Of a stretch of 64,000 nt of DNA, positions 51,613-60,560 are shown in pieces. Every line of letters begins with the position of its first letter. The first letter of the stretch is position 1. The position numbers and the translations under genes are program-made. The notes beneath the pieces were generated by a model that did not search any database, was not told the DNA's origin, and saw nothing but the letters and a program-made list of their open reading frames with translations. Source of the stretch: Thermoleophilia bacterium (lineage in GTDB: Bacteria; Actinomycetota; Thermoleophilia; Miltoncostaeales; Miltoncostaeaceae); assembly GCA_043746815.1 (NCBI GenBank), contig JAYTQG010000226.1, positions 647-64,646 of the forward strand, read 5' to 3'.

Positions 51613-52466
51613 CACCGCTCGCGCTCGGCCTCCTGATGTTCAGCCTCGGATGCGTCGCATCTGGCGTCCGTGCCCGTCGGGGTGGCCGCGAGTCGGAGCG
51701 CGCCCCCGCGCTCCCGGGTTGGATTGCCCTTGCGGGTCGGTGCCCAGCGCCGGGCACCGCAATGCAGGTGGTCGATCGGCTGCGAGCACCAGCGACGGTC
51801 CGGCAGCGGCTCTGTGCTGCTGGCCTTTCTCCCGAATTTGCCGCAACGGTGGCTCGGGCGAGGATTGCCATCGGAGTCCTCGGTACCGGTGCAATTGCAC
51901 TGGCCGGTCCACGGGACCTCACATGGCTACTCCTTGCGCCCCCTGTTGGAGCGTGCCTTGCACTCACGGTCGACGCGCGGCTCGCCACAATCGGACGGCG
52001 ACGACAACGCGCGATCACGCTGGCCATTCCAGATCTCCTCGACCTGTTGTCGATCTCCGTCGAAGCCGGGATGGCGCTTGAACCGGCCCTTGCCCTTTCG
52101 GCCAAAAAGCTCGACCCGCCCCTTGCCGATGAGATCGCCCAAACGTTGAACGATCTTGGGATGGGGCTGCCGCGCCGTCGTGCCTATCTCGACCTTGCCG
52201 AGCGATGTGGCGGAGGTGAGGTGGGCGCGCTTGTCGGGGGGCTGCTTCGGGCTGAGGAACTCGGCGCGCCGGTCAGCGGCGCCCTTGCCGACCAGGCGGA
52301 CGCTGCGCGCGCGAGCGTTCGAGAGGAACTTCGCCAACGGGCAGCGCGTGCAACCCCAAAGATCCAATTGGTCGTCGCGCTGGTGATGGTGCCCGGGGCG
52401 ATGCTGCTGATCATGGGTGTGCTCGTCCTCCAACTGGCACAGCAACTGGGAGCGGTGATCGGATGA
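51609..52466 (+). CDS. tadC: Tad pilus inner-membrane platform protein TadC (T2SSF family)
   Basis: Second T2SSF-type protein. GTG at 51609 overlaps the tadB stop (GTGA). Confidence 0.8.
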   Translation: MTPLALGLLMFSLGCVASGVRARRGGRESERAPALPGWIALAGRCPAPGTAMQVVDRLRAPATVRQRLCAAGLSPEFAATVARARIAIGVLGTGAIALAGPRDLTWLLLAPPVGACLALTVDARLATIGRRRQRAITLAIPDLLDLLSISVEAGMALEPALALSAKKLDPPLADEIAQTLNDLGMGLPRRRAYLDLAERCGGGEVGALVGGLLRAEELGAPVSGALADQADAARASVREELRQRAARATPKIQLVVALVMVPGAMLLIMGVLVLQLAQQLGAVIG

Positions 52467-52735
52467 GCTCCAGACGCGGGAGTACGAGCGCGGAGTACCT
52501 CGGGCTGATTGTGGTCATCACCGCCATGCTCGCGTCGATGCTGGTCGTCCGCGCCTACATCGCCGACCGACGTGCGCCCGTCCAGCCCCTTCCGGCACTG
52601 ACGCGCCTCCTTCAGGTGCTTGACGACGCACCACCCGTTCGCAGGCCACCGAGCGTCACGGGCGGCCCCCGGCGTCATCATCCGCGCCCGCGGACGCCTC
52701 GGATCATCATCGAGATTCCGCCGTGGGCGAGGTGA
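52463..52735 (+). CDS. Flp-type pilin-like protein with a long Pro/Arg-rich C-terminal tail
   Basis: MSSRRG|STSAEYLGLIVVITAMLASMLV fits the Flp G/xxxxEY class III signal followed by a hydrophobic helix. ATGA overlap with tadC. Confidence 0.6.
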   Translation: MSSRRGSTSAEYLGLIVVITAMLASMLVVRAYIADRRAPVQPLPALTRLLQVLDDAPPVRRPPSVTGGPRRHHPRPRTPRIIIEIPPWAR

Positions 52736-52760
52736 ACAACGGGGCCCCAGCGGGCGGGGC

Positions 52761-53024
52761 TTACTGTCGGCGCGGGGGACGCTCTAGGTAGAGGTCGCGG
52801 GTCGCGCAGAGGGCGACAATCAGCCATCCTGCAATCGCGACGCGCAGCTCGCCGCCAGCGACGTCGGAGCCGGCAACGAGGCAACCGGGAACGGCGGCGA
52901 GCAGTGCCGTCGCGATCCCAGCAGCGAAGGTGGTCAAGGGACCAGCCGTTCGTGAGTGCGCGCGGGTGCGGGCGGCGCGGCGAGTGGATGAGCGGGGCGT
53001 GTGGGCGATCACATGTTCGGTCAT
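52761..53024 (-). CDS. Hypothetical small membrane protein (87 aa)
   Basis: Internal ATG of a long antisense ORF. Two hydrophobic segments and GC3 bias. No known motif. Confidence 0.3.
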   Translation of the reverse strand: MTEHVIAHTPRSSTRRAARTRAHSRTAGPLTTFAAGIATALLAAVPGCLVAGSDVAGGELRVAIAGWLIVALCATRDLYLERPPRRQ

Positions 53025-53184
53025 GACGAGCACACTAACGACCCCCTCGGACGGAACACATGTTCGTCGTTCTTGCGGGCCGACATGTCGGCCCGATGAG
53101 CACAGGGCTCTGAATTTGGGTCGCCTGGGAACAATTGGGGGAGAATGTGTTGCGTAGTGGGGAAAAGTGGGGTACTTTCCCTGC

Positions 53185-53646
53185 ATGCAGCGGACCCCGC
53201 TCGGCGGCACATACGAGTGCACCTTGGACGACCGTTCGCGGATCGCGATCCCAGCACGGGTTCGGGATCGTTTTGAAGATGGGGCGGTGGCCTCATGGTG
53301 GATCGACGCGAAGAGCGTGATTTTGGTTCCACGGTTCGAGTGGGCAACGCTGTTGACGCGGACGCTCGGGGAACCGGATCTGCTGGACGACGACGCACGC
53401 GAGCTGAGCCGGTATCTGCACGCAGGCGCCTTCGAGCAGGAAAGTCTGGATAAGCAAGGACGCATCACCATTCCAGCCGAGCTTCGCGAACATGGGGGCC
53501 TGTCCGGCCGTCTTCGCGTGACCGGCGCTGGCGAGTACTTGGAGGTCTGGGATTCCGCCAGCCTTGAGGCTCGCTTCAACCGCATGCACGAGGGAGTTTC
53601 TGATCTTGCCAAGCGTGTTCGTCTCGCCAACCGCGGCGGCTTGTGA
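53185..53646 (+). CDS. mraZ: Transcriptional regulator MraZ
   Basis: Two SpoVT/AbrB-like repeats (LDDRSRIAIPA, LDKQGRITIPA). First gene of the dcw cluster. Confidence 0.92.
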   Translation: MQRTPLGGTYECTLDDRSRIAIPARVRDRFEDGAVASWWIDAKSVILVPRFEWATLLTRTLGEPDLLDDDARELSRYLHAGAFEQESLDKQGRITIPAELREHGGLSGRLRVTGAGEYLEVWDSASLEARFNRMHEGVSDLAKRVRLANRGGL

Positions 53647-53647
53647 G

Positions 53648-54601
53648 ATGCCGAGCCTCGTCCGCCCTCACGAACCGGTCCTCCTTGAGGAAATCACCCG
53701 TTTACTCGCCCCGCTCGCGGGTGCGACGGTTATCGACGCCACGTTTGGCGCGGGCGGTCATTCCGCGGCTCTGATCGCCGCCATCGGCGCGACCGGTCGC
53801 CTCATTGCCATCGATCGCGACCCCGAGGCCAAGGAGCACTTCGACCGCCTTGCCCGCGAGGTTCCATGTGCCATGCGGTTTGTCCGCGGCGACTTCGCCG
53901 ACGTGCTCCCGAAGATCGCCGCCGATGGCATTCGCGCAGACGCCATCCTGATGGACCTTGGCGTCTCCTCGATGCAGGTCGACCGCCCCGAGCGGGGATT
54001 CTCGTACTCGCGCCAGGCACCCCTTGACATGCGGATGGACCCGGACCTCCCCCGATCGGCCGCCGATCTGATCGCCGAGTCCGGCGAGGCGGAGCTTGCC
54101 GGATGGTTTCGCGAATACGGGGAGGAGCGCTACGCGCGGGCCATTGCTCGTGCCATCGTCCGTGCCCGTGACGACGAATCGGTGGCGACCACCAACGATC
54201 TCGTCGAGGTGATTCGCCGCGCGATTCCGATCCCAGCTCAATTCGCCGGAGGACACCCGGCCAAGCGCGTCTTCCAGGCACTTCGGATCGTGGTGAACGA
54301 CGAACTTGGATCCCTGGCGCGTGCCCTCCCATCCGCTTTCTCGGCACTCGCGCCAGGCGGACGCCTTGGTGTCATCTCCTTCCACTCCCTCGAGGATCGT
54401 GCGGTAAAGCGCTTCATGGCCGCTCGAGCAAAGGGATGCTCGTGCCCACCGGAGCTTCCCGCCTGTGTTTGCGGACGCACACCCGAGGGACTGCTTCGAA
54501 CCCCGCGGGCCGTGATGCCAAAGGCTGATGAGATCGAACGCAATCCACGCGCCCGGTCCGCTCGCCTTCGGGTTGTCGCAAATGCTGGCGGAGCGGCCTG
54601 A
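53648..54601 (+). CDS. rsmH: 16S rRNA (cytosine1402-N4)-methyltransferase
   Basis: HEPVLLEE, DATFGAGGHS, DLGVSSMQ, SFHSLEDR motifs. Confidence 0.95.
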   Translation: MPSLVRPHEPVLLEEITRLLAPLAGATVIDATFGAGGHSAALIAAIGATGRLIAIDRDPEAKEHFDRLAREVPCAMRFVRGDFADVLPKIAADGIRADAILMDLGVSSMQVDRPERGFSYSRQAPLDMRMDPDLPRSAADLIAESGEAELAGWFREYGEERYARAIARAIVRARDDESVATTNDLVEVIRRAIPIPAQFAGGHPAKRVFQALRIVVNDELGSLARALPSAFSALAPGGRLGVISFHSLEDRAVKRFMAARAKGCSCPPELPACVCGRTPEGLLRTPRAVMPKADEIERNPRARSARLRVVANAGGAA

Positions 54602-54975
54602 TGGGTGCCGCCGCCGCTCGGGCCGGGTCCGCTGCTCCCCGGCGCGCGCCCGCGCGTCCGACGCCCGCGGCCGGTGAACGGCGGCTGACCCTTGTCGCCA
54701 CCTCGCGCCGCCGGTGGCGACTTCGTCGGGCCCGATGGGGGCTTGTGGCAGGGGCGCTGCTCTTGGTTGGGATCATGTGGGTGGGTCTCATGCAACTTCG
54801 CCTCACGACCCAGACGGGTGTGATCGAGCGGCAACTGCGCGAGGTCTCCGCGGAGACCCAGACACTCAAAAACCGCTTCGCAATTCGCGAAGGCGAGGTA
54901 CCCGGTCAGGCGCAGGCCAGCCTCGGGATGATCAGGGGTACCCCGAGTGGCACCACGCAAATCCGCGTCAAGTAG
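54601..54975 (+). CDS. ftsL: FtsL-like cell division protein
   Basis: Basic N-terminus, a single TM helix (GLVAGALLLVGIMWVGLMQL), then a coiled coil. Sits between rsmH and ftsI. Confidence 0.7.
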   Translation: MGAAAARAGSAAPRRAPARPTPAAGERRLTLVATSRRRWRLRRARWGLVAGALLLVGIMWVGLMQLRLTTQTGVIERQLREVSAETQTLKNRFAIREGEVPGQAQASLGMIRGTPSGTTQIRVK

Positions 54976-56758
54976 GCGCCCACCGGCGCGGCGTCCCACA
55001 CGCAAGTGGACCTCGGACCGGCGTGCGGCACGTGCCCGAATTCGCATGATGACGGCGTTTTCCATGCTGGCCCTCGGGGCGATCTCAGCGCGGGCGGTCT
55101 GGATCGGCGGAGCTGAGCACGACACCTTGAGCAAACGCGCGCTCAACGAGAACACCAAGCCCATCCCCCTGCTCGCCGCCCGTGGCACGATTCTGAGCTC
55201 GAATGGCCAGGCGCTCGCCCAGGACCGGCCAGCGACCCGGATCGCCGTCGATCCAAAGGTTGTCAAGAACGCCGCGCGCGTCGCTGCGTTGATCGCGCCG
55301 CCGTTGCACCAGTCGGTTGGGCAAGTGCAGGCGGCACTCGCGAAGATCTCTCGCAACGAGATTCTCGAACCCTTCGCGACACCCTCGGTGGCCACCCAGA
55401 TTCGCGAGATTAAGCGCAATCAGCTGGTTGATGGAGCGGTCATCGACGGAGTCGACCTGACGGACGTGCTCCAGCGGGTCGATCCTCATGGGCGGGTGGG
55501 ATCGCAAGTCGTTGGTTTGGCACGACCCGCGCAGAAGGAGGACAAGACCGCGGCCGACAAGGTCGGGATTAGCGGCCTCGAGGCCCGATACAACCGGGAG
55601 CTAACCGGAACCAGCGGGCTGCAGCTTGAGGCCCGCGATCCGGCTGGTCGCACCATCCGGACCATCAGCACGAAGCCCGCCGTGCCCGGAAAGACGTTGC
55701 GGACGTCGATCGACCCTGGCATTCAATTGACCCTCCAGGACGTGCTCGATCGCACGGTCGCGGCCAATGGGGCGAAGTCGGCCTCAGCGATCGTGATGCG
55801 ACCGTCTGACGGCGCGATCTTGGCGATTGCCTCAAACCCCGGTTTCGACCCCAATAACCGTGCCGGAATGACCAATGAAGCGACGAACGTTGGCCCAGTG
55901 ACTGAGGTGTTCGAGCCCGGCTCCGTGTTCAAGCTCGTGGCAGTGGCAGGCGCGATCCAGGACGGCGTCGTTACTCCCTCGACGGTCTACAGGGGCCTTC
56001 AAGCGAGCGAGACGCTCTACGACTACACCGTCGGAGAGTCTCACCGAACTCAGACGCAAGACATGAGTGTCGCGGAGATCATCCGGACATCAAGCAACAT
56101 CGGAACCGGGCACATTGCCAAGGATCTGGGCCGTGACAGGTTCCTGGCGTGGACCCACCGGTTCGGCTTCGGCGCCCAGACGGGTGTCGACCTTCCCGGT
56201 GAGGCCGCTGGGCACATTCGTCCGGCACAGGAGTGGTCGGGGGTTGACATCTCTCAGCTTCCGATCGGCCAGGGACTTACAACGACGCTGGTTCAGATCG
56301 CCCGTGCCTATGCAGTCGTTGCCAACGGTGGCCTTCTCGTGACCCCTCATGTAGTGACCCGAATTGGAGGTCAACCCGTGAGTCTTCCCACGCCGGAGCG
56401 CGTGCTCCGGCCGGATGTCGCCGCGCAGATGAACACCATTTTGGAAGCCGTCGTTGACAAGGGAGGGACCGGCGGGCGTGCGCACATCGCTGGCTTTCGG
56501 GTCGCCGGAAAGACCGGTACGGGAAGCGTGTTTGACCCGGACCTCTACAACACCGTTACCGGCAAGAACGGCGCGTACAGTCGGTCGCGCTTTGTTGCAT
56601 CGTTTGTGGGGTACGTCCCCGCCAACAAGCCGCAACTTCTGATCGTGGTGTCGGTGAACGAGCCCAGCCGAGGCCAATTCTACGGCGGTGAGGTTGCCGC
56701 ACCGGCGTTCAAGGAGATCGCCGAGTACTCGCTGCAGCACCTCGCGATCGCCCCGTAG
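54947..56758 (+). CDS. ftsI: Class B penicillin-binding protein (peptidoglycan D,D-transpeptidase FtsI)
   Basis: SxxK (GSVFK), SSN (RTSSNIG) and KTGT motifs. Start uncertain. Confidence 0.92.
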   Translation: MAPRKSASSRRPPARRPTRKWTSDRRAARARIRMMTAFSMLALGAISARAVWIGGAEHDTLSKRALNENTKPIPLLAARGTILSSNGQALAQDRPATRIAVDPKVVKNAARVAALIAPPLHQSVGQVQAALAKISRNEILEPFATPSVATQIREIKRNQLVDGAVIDGVDLTDVLQRVDPHGRVGSQVVGLARPAQKEDKTAADKVGISGLEARYNRELTGTSGLQLEARDPAGRTIRTISTKPAVPGKTLRTSIDPGIQLTLQDVLDRTVAANGAKSASAIVMRPSDGAILAIASNPGFDPNNRAGMTNEATNVGPVTEVFEPGSVFKLVAVAGAIQDGVVTPSTVYRGLQASETLYDYTVGESHRTQTQDMSVAEIIRTSSNIGTGHIAKDLGRDRFLAWTHRFGFGAQTGVDLPGEAAGHIRPAQEWSGVDISQLPIGQGLTTTLVQIARAYAVVANGGLLVTPHVVTRIGGQPVSLPTPERVLRPDVAAQMNTILEAVVDKGGTGGRAHIAGFRVAGKTGTGSVFDPDLYNTVTGKNGAYSRSRFVASFVGYVPANKPQLLIVVSVNEPSRGQFYGGEVAAPAFKEIAEYSLQHLAIAP

Positions 56759-56793
56759 GAACACCCGCCCGCGTTGGTAGCATCGGACACCGA

Positions 56794-58260
56794 ATGCGCC
56801 TCCTTGACCTGATCGCAGGACTGCCGGACGCCCGGCTGGTGGGTTCCGGCGAGGTCCAGGTCGAGCGAGTCACATACCGCGCCGATTGGTCTGAGGTCGG
56901 CTCCCTCTTCGCGGCCTTTCGGGGCGTGCGCGCCGACGGTCACGACTTTGCCATTGACGCGGTGTCACTCGGGGCGTCCGCACTGATCGTGGAGCGGGAG
57001 CTGGACCTTCCGATCGTTCAGGTTGTTGTGCCCGATTCCCGCCTGGCCGCGGCGATCGTTGCTGCCCGGTTGGCTGGCGATCCGTCACGGAACCTGACGG
57101 TCGTTGGAATTACTGGCACAAATGGGAAGACCACGAGCGCAATGCTCATGCGTGCCGTCCTTGAGGCCGCTGGCCAGCAGTGCGCACTCGTCGGAACCAT
57201 TGAGACACGCATTGGTGGCCGAGCGGAGCCAGCCGACCACACCACCCCTGAGAGCGTGGACCTCCAGGACATGATGGCCCGCATGGTTCGTGCGGGCGAC
57301 CGGGCACTGGCGATCGAGGTGTCCTCCCACGCGCTTGCGCAGCGCCGGGTCGCTGGAGTCCACTTCGCCGCCGCGCTGTTCACCAACCTGACGCGCGACC
57401 ACCTGGACTACCACGAGACGTTCGAGGCATATGAATCGGCAAAGCGGGCGTTGTTTCTCCGCCCGTCGGGGGAGGGGGACAATCCGCCTGGCGCAGCGAA
57501 CATCGATGATCCCGCGGGGCGGAGACTCGTCGCGGACGCGGGCCTCCTCAGTTACGCCGTCGACGCGGATGCGGATGTGCGCCCGCTGCACCTGGACATG
57601 ACCGCGACCGGATTCCGAGCCGAGGTGGCCACGCCACGCGGATCGATCGAAATCGTCAGTCCCCTGCGGGGGCGCTTCAATGTGTCAAATGTTCTCGGCG
57701 TGGTCGCCGTCGGCGAAGCATTGGGCCTTGACCATGCGGCGGTTGCGGGGGGGATCGCCAGCGTCGCTGGCGTCCCTGGGCGCATGGAGCCGGTCGACGC
57801 GGGCCAGCCATTTTCCGTGATCGTTGACTATGCCCACACACCCGATTCATTGGAGAACGTGCTGCGCACCGCGCGTGAGTTGGCGGCAGACAAGCGCGTG
57901 ATTGTGGTCGTCGGTTGCGGCGGCGACCGCGACACGGGAAAGCGTCCCCAGATGGGAGCGATTGCCAGTTCACTCGCGGACCTCTCCGTCGTCACCTCCG
58001 ACAACCCACGCAGCGAAGACCCGGGCGCCATCATCGCCGCAATCGTTGCCGGTGCCACAGGTGGGGGCGAGGTCTGCGTGAAGCCAGATCGGCGGGAGGC
58101 GATCGCCTTTGCTGTCGGCCGGGCGAATCCCGGCGATGTGGTTGTAATTGCGGGGAAAGGTCACGAGCGCGGTCAAGAACACCGCGGCGTCGTGACACCA
58201 TTCGATGATCGAGAGGTCGCACGCGCCGTGATTGACGAACACATTGGAGCCCCCCGATGA
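56794..58260 (+). CDS. murE: UDP-N-acetylmuramoyl-L-alanyl-D-glutamate--2,6-diaminopimelate ligase
   Basis: GITGTNGKTT P-loop. The DNPR motif (VTSDNPRSEDP) is the one associated with meso-DAP specificity. Confidence 0.95.
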   Translation: MRLLDLIAGLPDARLVGSGEVQVERVTYRADWSEVGSLFAAFRGVRADGHDFAIDAVSLGASALIVERELDLPIVQVVVPDSRLAAAIVAARLAGDPSRNLTVVGITGTNGKTTSAMLMRAVLEAAGQQCALVGTIETRIGGRAEPADHTTPESVDLQDMMARMVRAGDRALAIEVSSHALAQRRVAGVHFAAALFTNLTRDHLDYHETFEAYESAKRALFLRPSGEGDNPPGAANIDDPAGRRLVADAGLLSYAVDADADVRPLHLDMTATGFRAEVATPRGSIEIVSPLRGRFNVSNVLGVVAVGEALGLDHAAVAGGIASVAGVPGRMEPVDAGQPFSVIVDYAHTPDSLENVLRTARELAADKRVIVVVGCGGDRDTGKRPQMGAIASSLADLSVVTSDNPRSEDPGAIIAAIVAGATGGGEVCVKPDRREAIAFAVGRANPGDVVVIAGKGHERGQEHRGVVTPFDDREVARAVIDEHIGAPR

Positions 58261-59567
58261 CCCGTGAACCGCTCGCCCTTGAGATCAACGAGATTCGCAA
58301 GTTGATGGGGGGCGACGCGCGCCTGCCGTCGGGACCGCCATCGACGATGGTGCGCGGTGCCTTTGTCGATTCACGCCACCCCGTCGCGGGGGCCCTCTTC
58401 GTCGGTATCCGGGGCGATTTGGACGACGGCGGGCGCTACGCCGGTGAGGCCCTTCGCGGGGGGGCGGCTGGTGTCGTGGTGACCGAGTCGGCCTGGCGAT
58501 GGCTTGAGGCCGAGATCGGCCATCTTCGCCTCCCTGTGATCGTCGCGAAGGACCCGCTCGCGGTGCTGCAGGCCGCTGGACGTCTCGCGCTGGAGCGCTC
58601 GGGCGCACGGGTTGCTGCCATCACGGGTGCCGTGGGCAAGACAACGACGAAAGACCTCCTGGTCGGGATGTTGACGGCGGCTGGCGTGCGTGTTCACGGG
58701 TCACTCGGCAACCGGAACACGGACGTCGGCGTGCCGTTGACGCTCATGGACCTCCCCGCCGACACGCAGGTCGCGGTCATCGAGATGGGAATGCGTGGGC
58801 CTGGGCAGATCGCGGAACTCGCCGCGTTGGCGCCGCCTGACGTGGGCTGCATCACGTCGATCGGTCCGGTGCACCTGGAACTCCTTGGCACGGTCGAAGC
58901 AGTGGCCGCCGCGAAGGCCGAGCTGATTGCAGCCCTCAAACCCGGCACGACGGCGGTTGTCCCAGATAGCGAGCCGCTTCTTTCCGATCACATCGACGCC
59001 CTGGACCCAGACGTCACCGTCGTCCGGTTCCGTCCGCAGCCGGACATCACCCTTGGCCTTCCGCAGGGGAGTGCCTGGATGATGAGCAATGCCTCAGCAG
59101 CCCTCGCGTGTTGTCGCGCGCTGGGATACGACCTCGCTCCTGGGACAACGGTGCCGGTCGCCCTCTCCGCCCTGCGCGGCGCGGAGTCGCCACTGCCCGG
59201 TGGGGGCACCCTCATCGAGGACTGCTACAACGCAAACCCGCTTGCCATGGCGGCGGCCCTTCGCGATCTCGCGGGGCGCTCCGGGCGGCGCGTCGCCGTG
59301 CTCGCAGACATGAAGGAACTCGGCCCAGATGAAGTGGCCTTCCATGCTGAGGTTGGGCGCTTGGCCGACGAACTGGGTATCGAGCTGGTCGTCGCCGTCG
59401 GCGCCCTTGGCGCGCACTACGTCAACGGATCCGGTGTGCGTTTTGCGACCGTTGAGGAGTGTATCGGTGGGCTCGCCGAGCATCTCCAGCCCGGCGACAC
59501 TGTGCTCCTCAAGGGCTCCCGCTCGATGGCCCTTGAGCGTGTCGGCGACGTGCTCAAGCGGTCGTAG
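58257..59567 (+). CDS. murF: UDP-N-acetylmuramoyl-tripeptide--D-alanyl-D-alanine ligase
   Basis: ITGAVGKTTTKD P-loop, Mur ligase domains, ATGA overlap with murE. Confidence 0.93.
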   Translation: MTREPLALEINEIRKLMGGDARLPSGPPSTMVRGAFVDSRHPVAGALFVGIRGDLDDGGRYAGEALRGGAAGVVVTESAWRWLEAEIGHLRLPVIVAKDPLAVLQAAGRLALERSGARVAAITGAVGKTTTKDLLVGMLTAAGVRVHGSLGNRNTDVGVPLTLMDLPADTQVAVIEMGMRGPGQIAELAALAPPDVGCITSIGPVHLELLGTVEAVAAAKAELIAALKPGTTAVVPDSEPLLSDHIDALDPDVTVVRFRPQPDITLGLPQGSAWMMSNASAALACCRALGYDLAPGTTVPVALSALRGAESPLPGGGTLIEDCYNANPLAMAAALRDLAGRSGRRVAVLADMKELGPDEVAFHAEVGRLADELGIELVVAVGALGAHYVNGSGVRFATVEECIGGLAEHLQPGDTVLLKGSRSMALERVGDVLKRS

Positions 59568-59570
59568 CGC

Positions 59571-60560
59571 GTGTCCCGGATTCTGATCGCCGCCATCTCC
59601 GCGGCCATGCTGGTGCTGTTCCTCGGCCCACGCTTTATCGAGTGGCTTCGTCGGAACGAGATGGGCCAGTTCGTCCGCGGGGAGGGGTTGATTCCCGAAG
59701 GGCACGAAAAGAAGCGGGGTACGCCAACCATGGGCGGCCTGCTGATCGTGCTTGCGATGGCGGTTCCATTCCTTGTCCTCTCGCGCCGCGAGACGCCGTC
59801 CATGATCGTCCTGTTCACGACGATCGCCTGTGGGGCGATTGGCTTCGCCGACGACTTCATGAAGAAGGTCCAAAAGCGGTCCCTTGGTCTCGCCGCTCGC
59901 TGGCGCATGCTGGGCCTCCTGGTCATCGCGGGCGTCCTGACCTACGTCGCTGTCCATACCGTTGGCCTGCGCACCACGCTTACGATCCCCGTCATCCAAC
60001 GCGAGATCGAGATCGGCTGGGTGGCATTCGCTGTGATGGTGTTCTTCGTGCTGGCGGGCTTCGCAAATGCCGTCAACCTGACCGACGGGCTCGACGGCCT
60101 CGCCGCCGGCACCTGTGCGATCGCCTTCTTGGCGTATACGGCGATGACGTTTGTGTCCCACAGCCAGGGACTTGCGATTCTCGCCGCGTCGCTCGTCGGT
60201 GCCTGCGTCGGTTTCCTCTGGTTCAACTCATTCCCCGCGCAGGTCTTCATGGGCGATACCGGTTCGTACGCCCTTGGCGGCGCGGTCGCCTCCTTTGCGA
60301 TCATGACAAAGACCGAGATCCTGCTAATCCTGATTGGCTTGGTCTTCGTGTTGGAGACGCTCTCGGTGATGATCCAAGTGCTCGTCTTTAAGCGCTGGCG
60401 CAGGCGCGTGTTCTTGATGACGCCGATCCATCATCACTTCGAAATGGCCGCGTGGAGCGAGACGAAGATCATCGTCCGTTTCTGGCTGATCGCCGTTCTC
60501 TGCGCGGCCATCGGGTTCACGCTCTACTACCGCGGCCTCCAGTACATCGGCAAGATTTGA
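59571..60560 (+). CDS. mraY: Phospho-N-acetylmuramoyl-pentapeptide transferase
   Basis: GTPTMGG, NAVNLTDGLDGLA, MGDTGS, PIHHHFE motifs. Confidence 0.97.
   Translation: MSRILIAAISAAMLVLFLGPRFIEWLRRNEMGQFVRGEGLIPEGHEKKRGTPTMGGLLIVLAMAVPFLVLSRRETPSMIVLFTTIACGAIGFADDFMKKVQKRSLGLAARWRMLGLLVIAGVLTYVAVHTVGLRTTLTIPVIQREIEIGWVAFAVMVFFVLAGFANAVNLTDGLDGLAAGTCAIAFLAYTAMTFVSHSQGLAILAASLVGACVGFLWFNSFPAQVFMGDTGSYALGGAVASFAIMTKTEILLILIGLVFVLETLSVMIQVLVFKRWRRRVFLMTPIHHHFEMAAWSETKIIVRFWLIAVLCAAIGFTLYYRGLQYIGKI

Noticed and set aside
52761-53630. 289-aa minus-strand ORF spanning the mraZ region.
   Set aside because: Its upstream two thirds are antisense to mraZ, which has clear conserved repeats. Only the last 87 codons (52761-53024) lie in intergenic DNA. 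These were retained as a low-confidence small membrane ORF.
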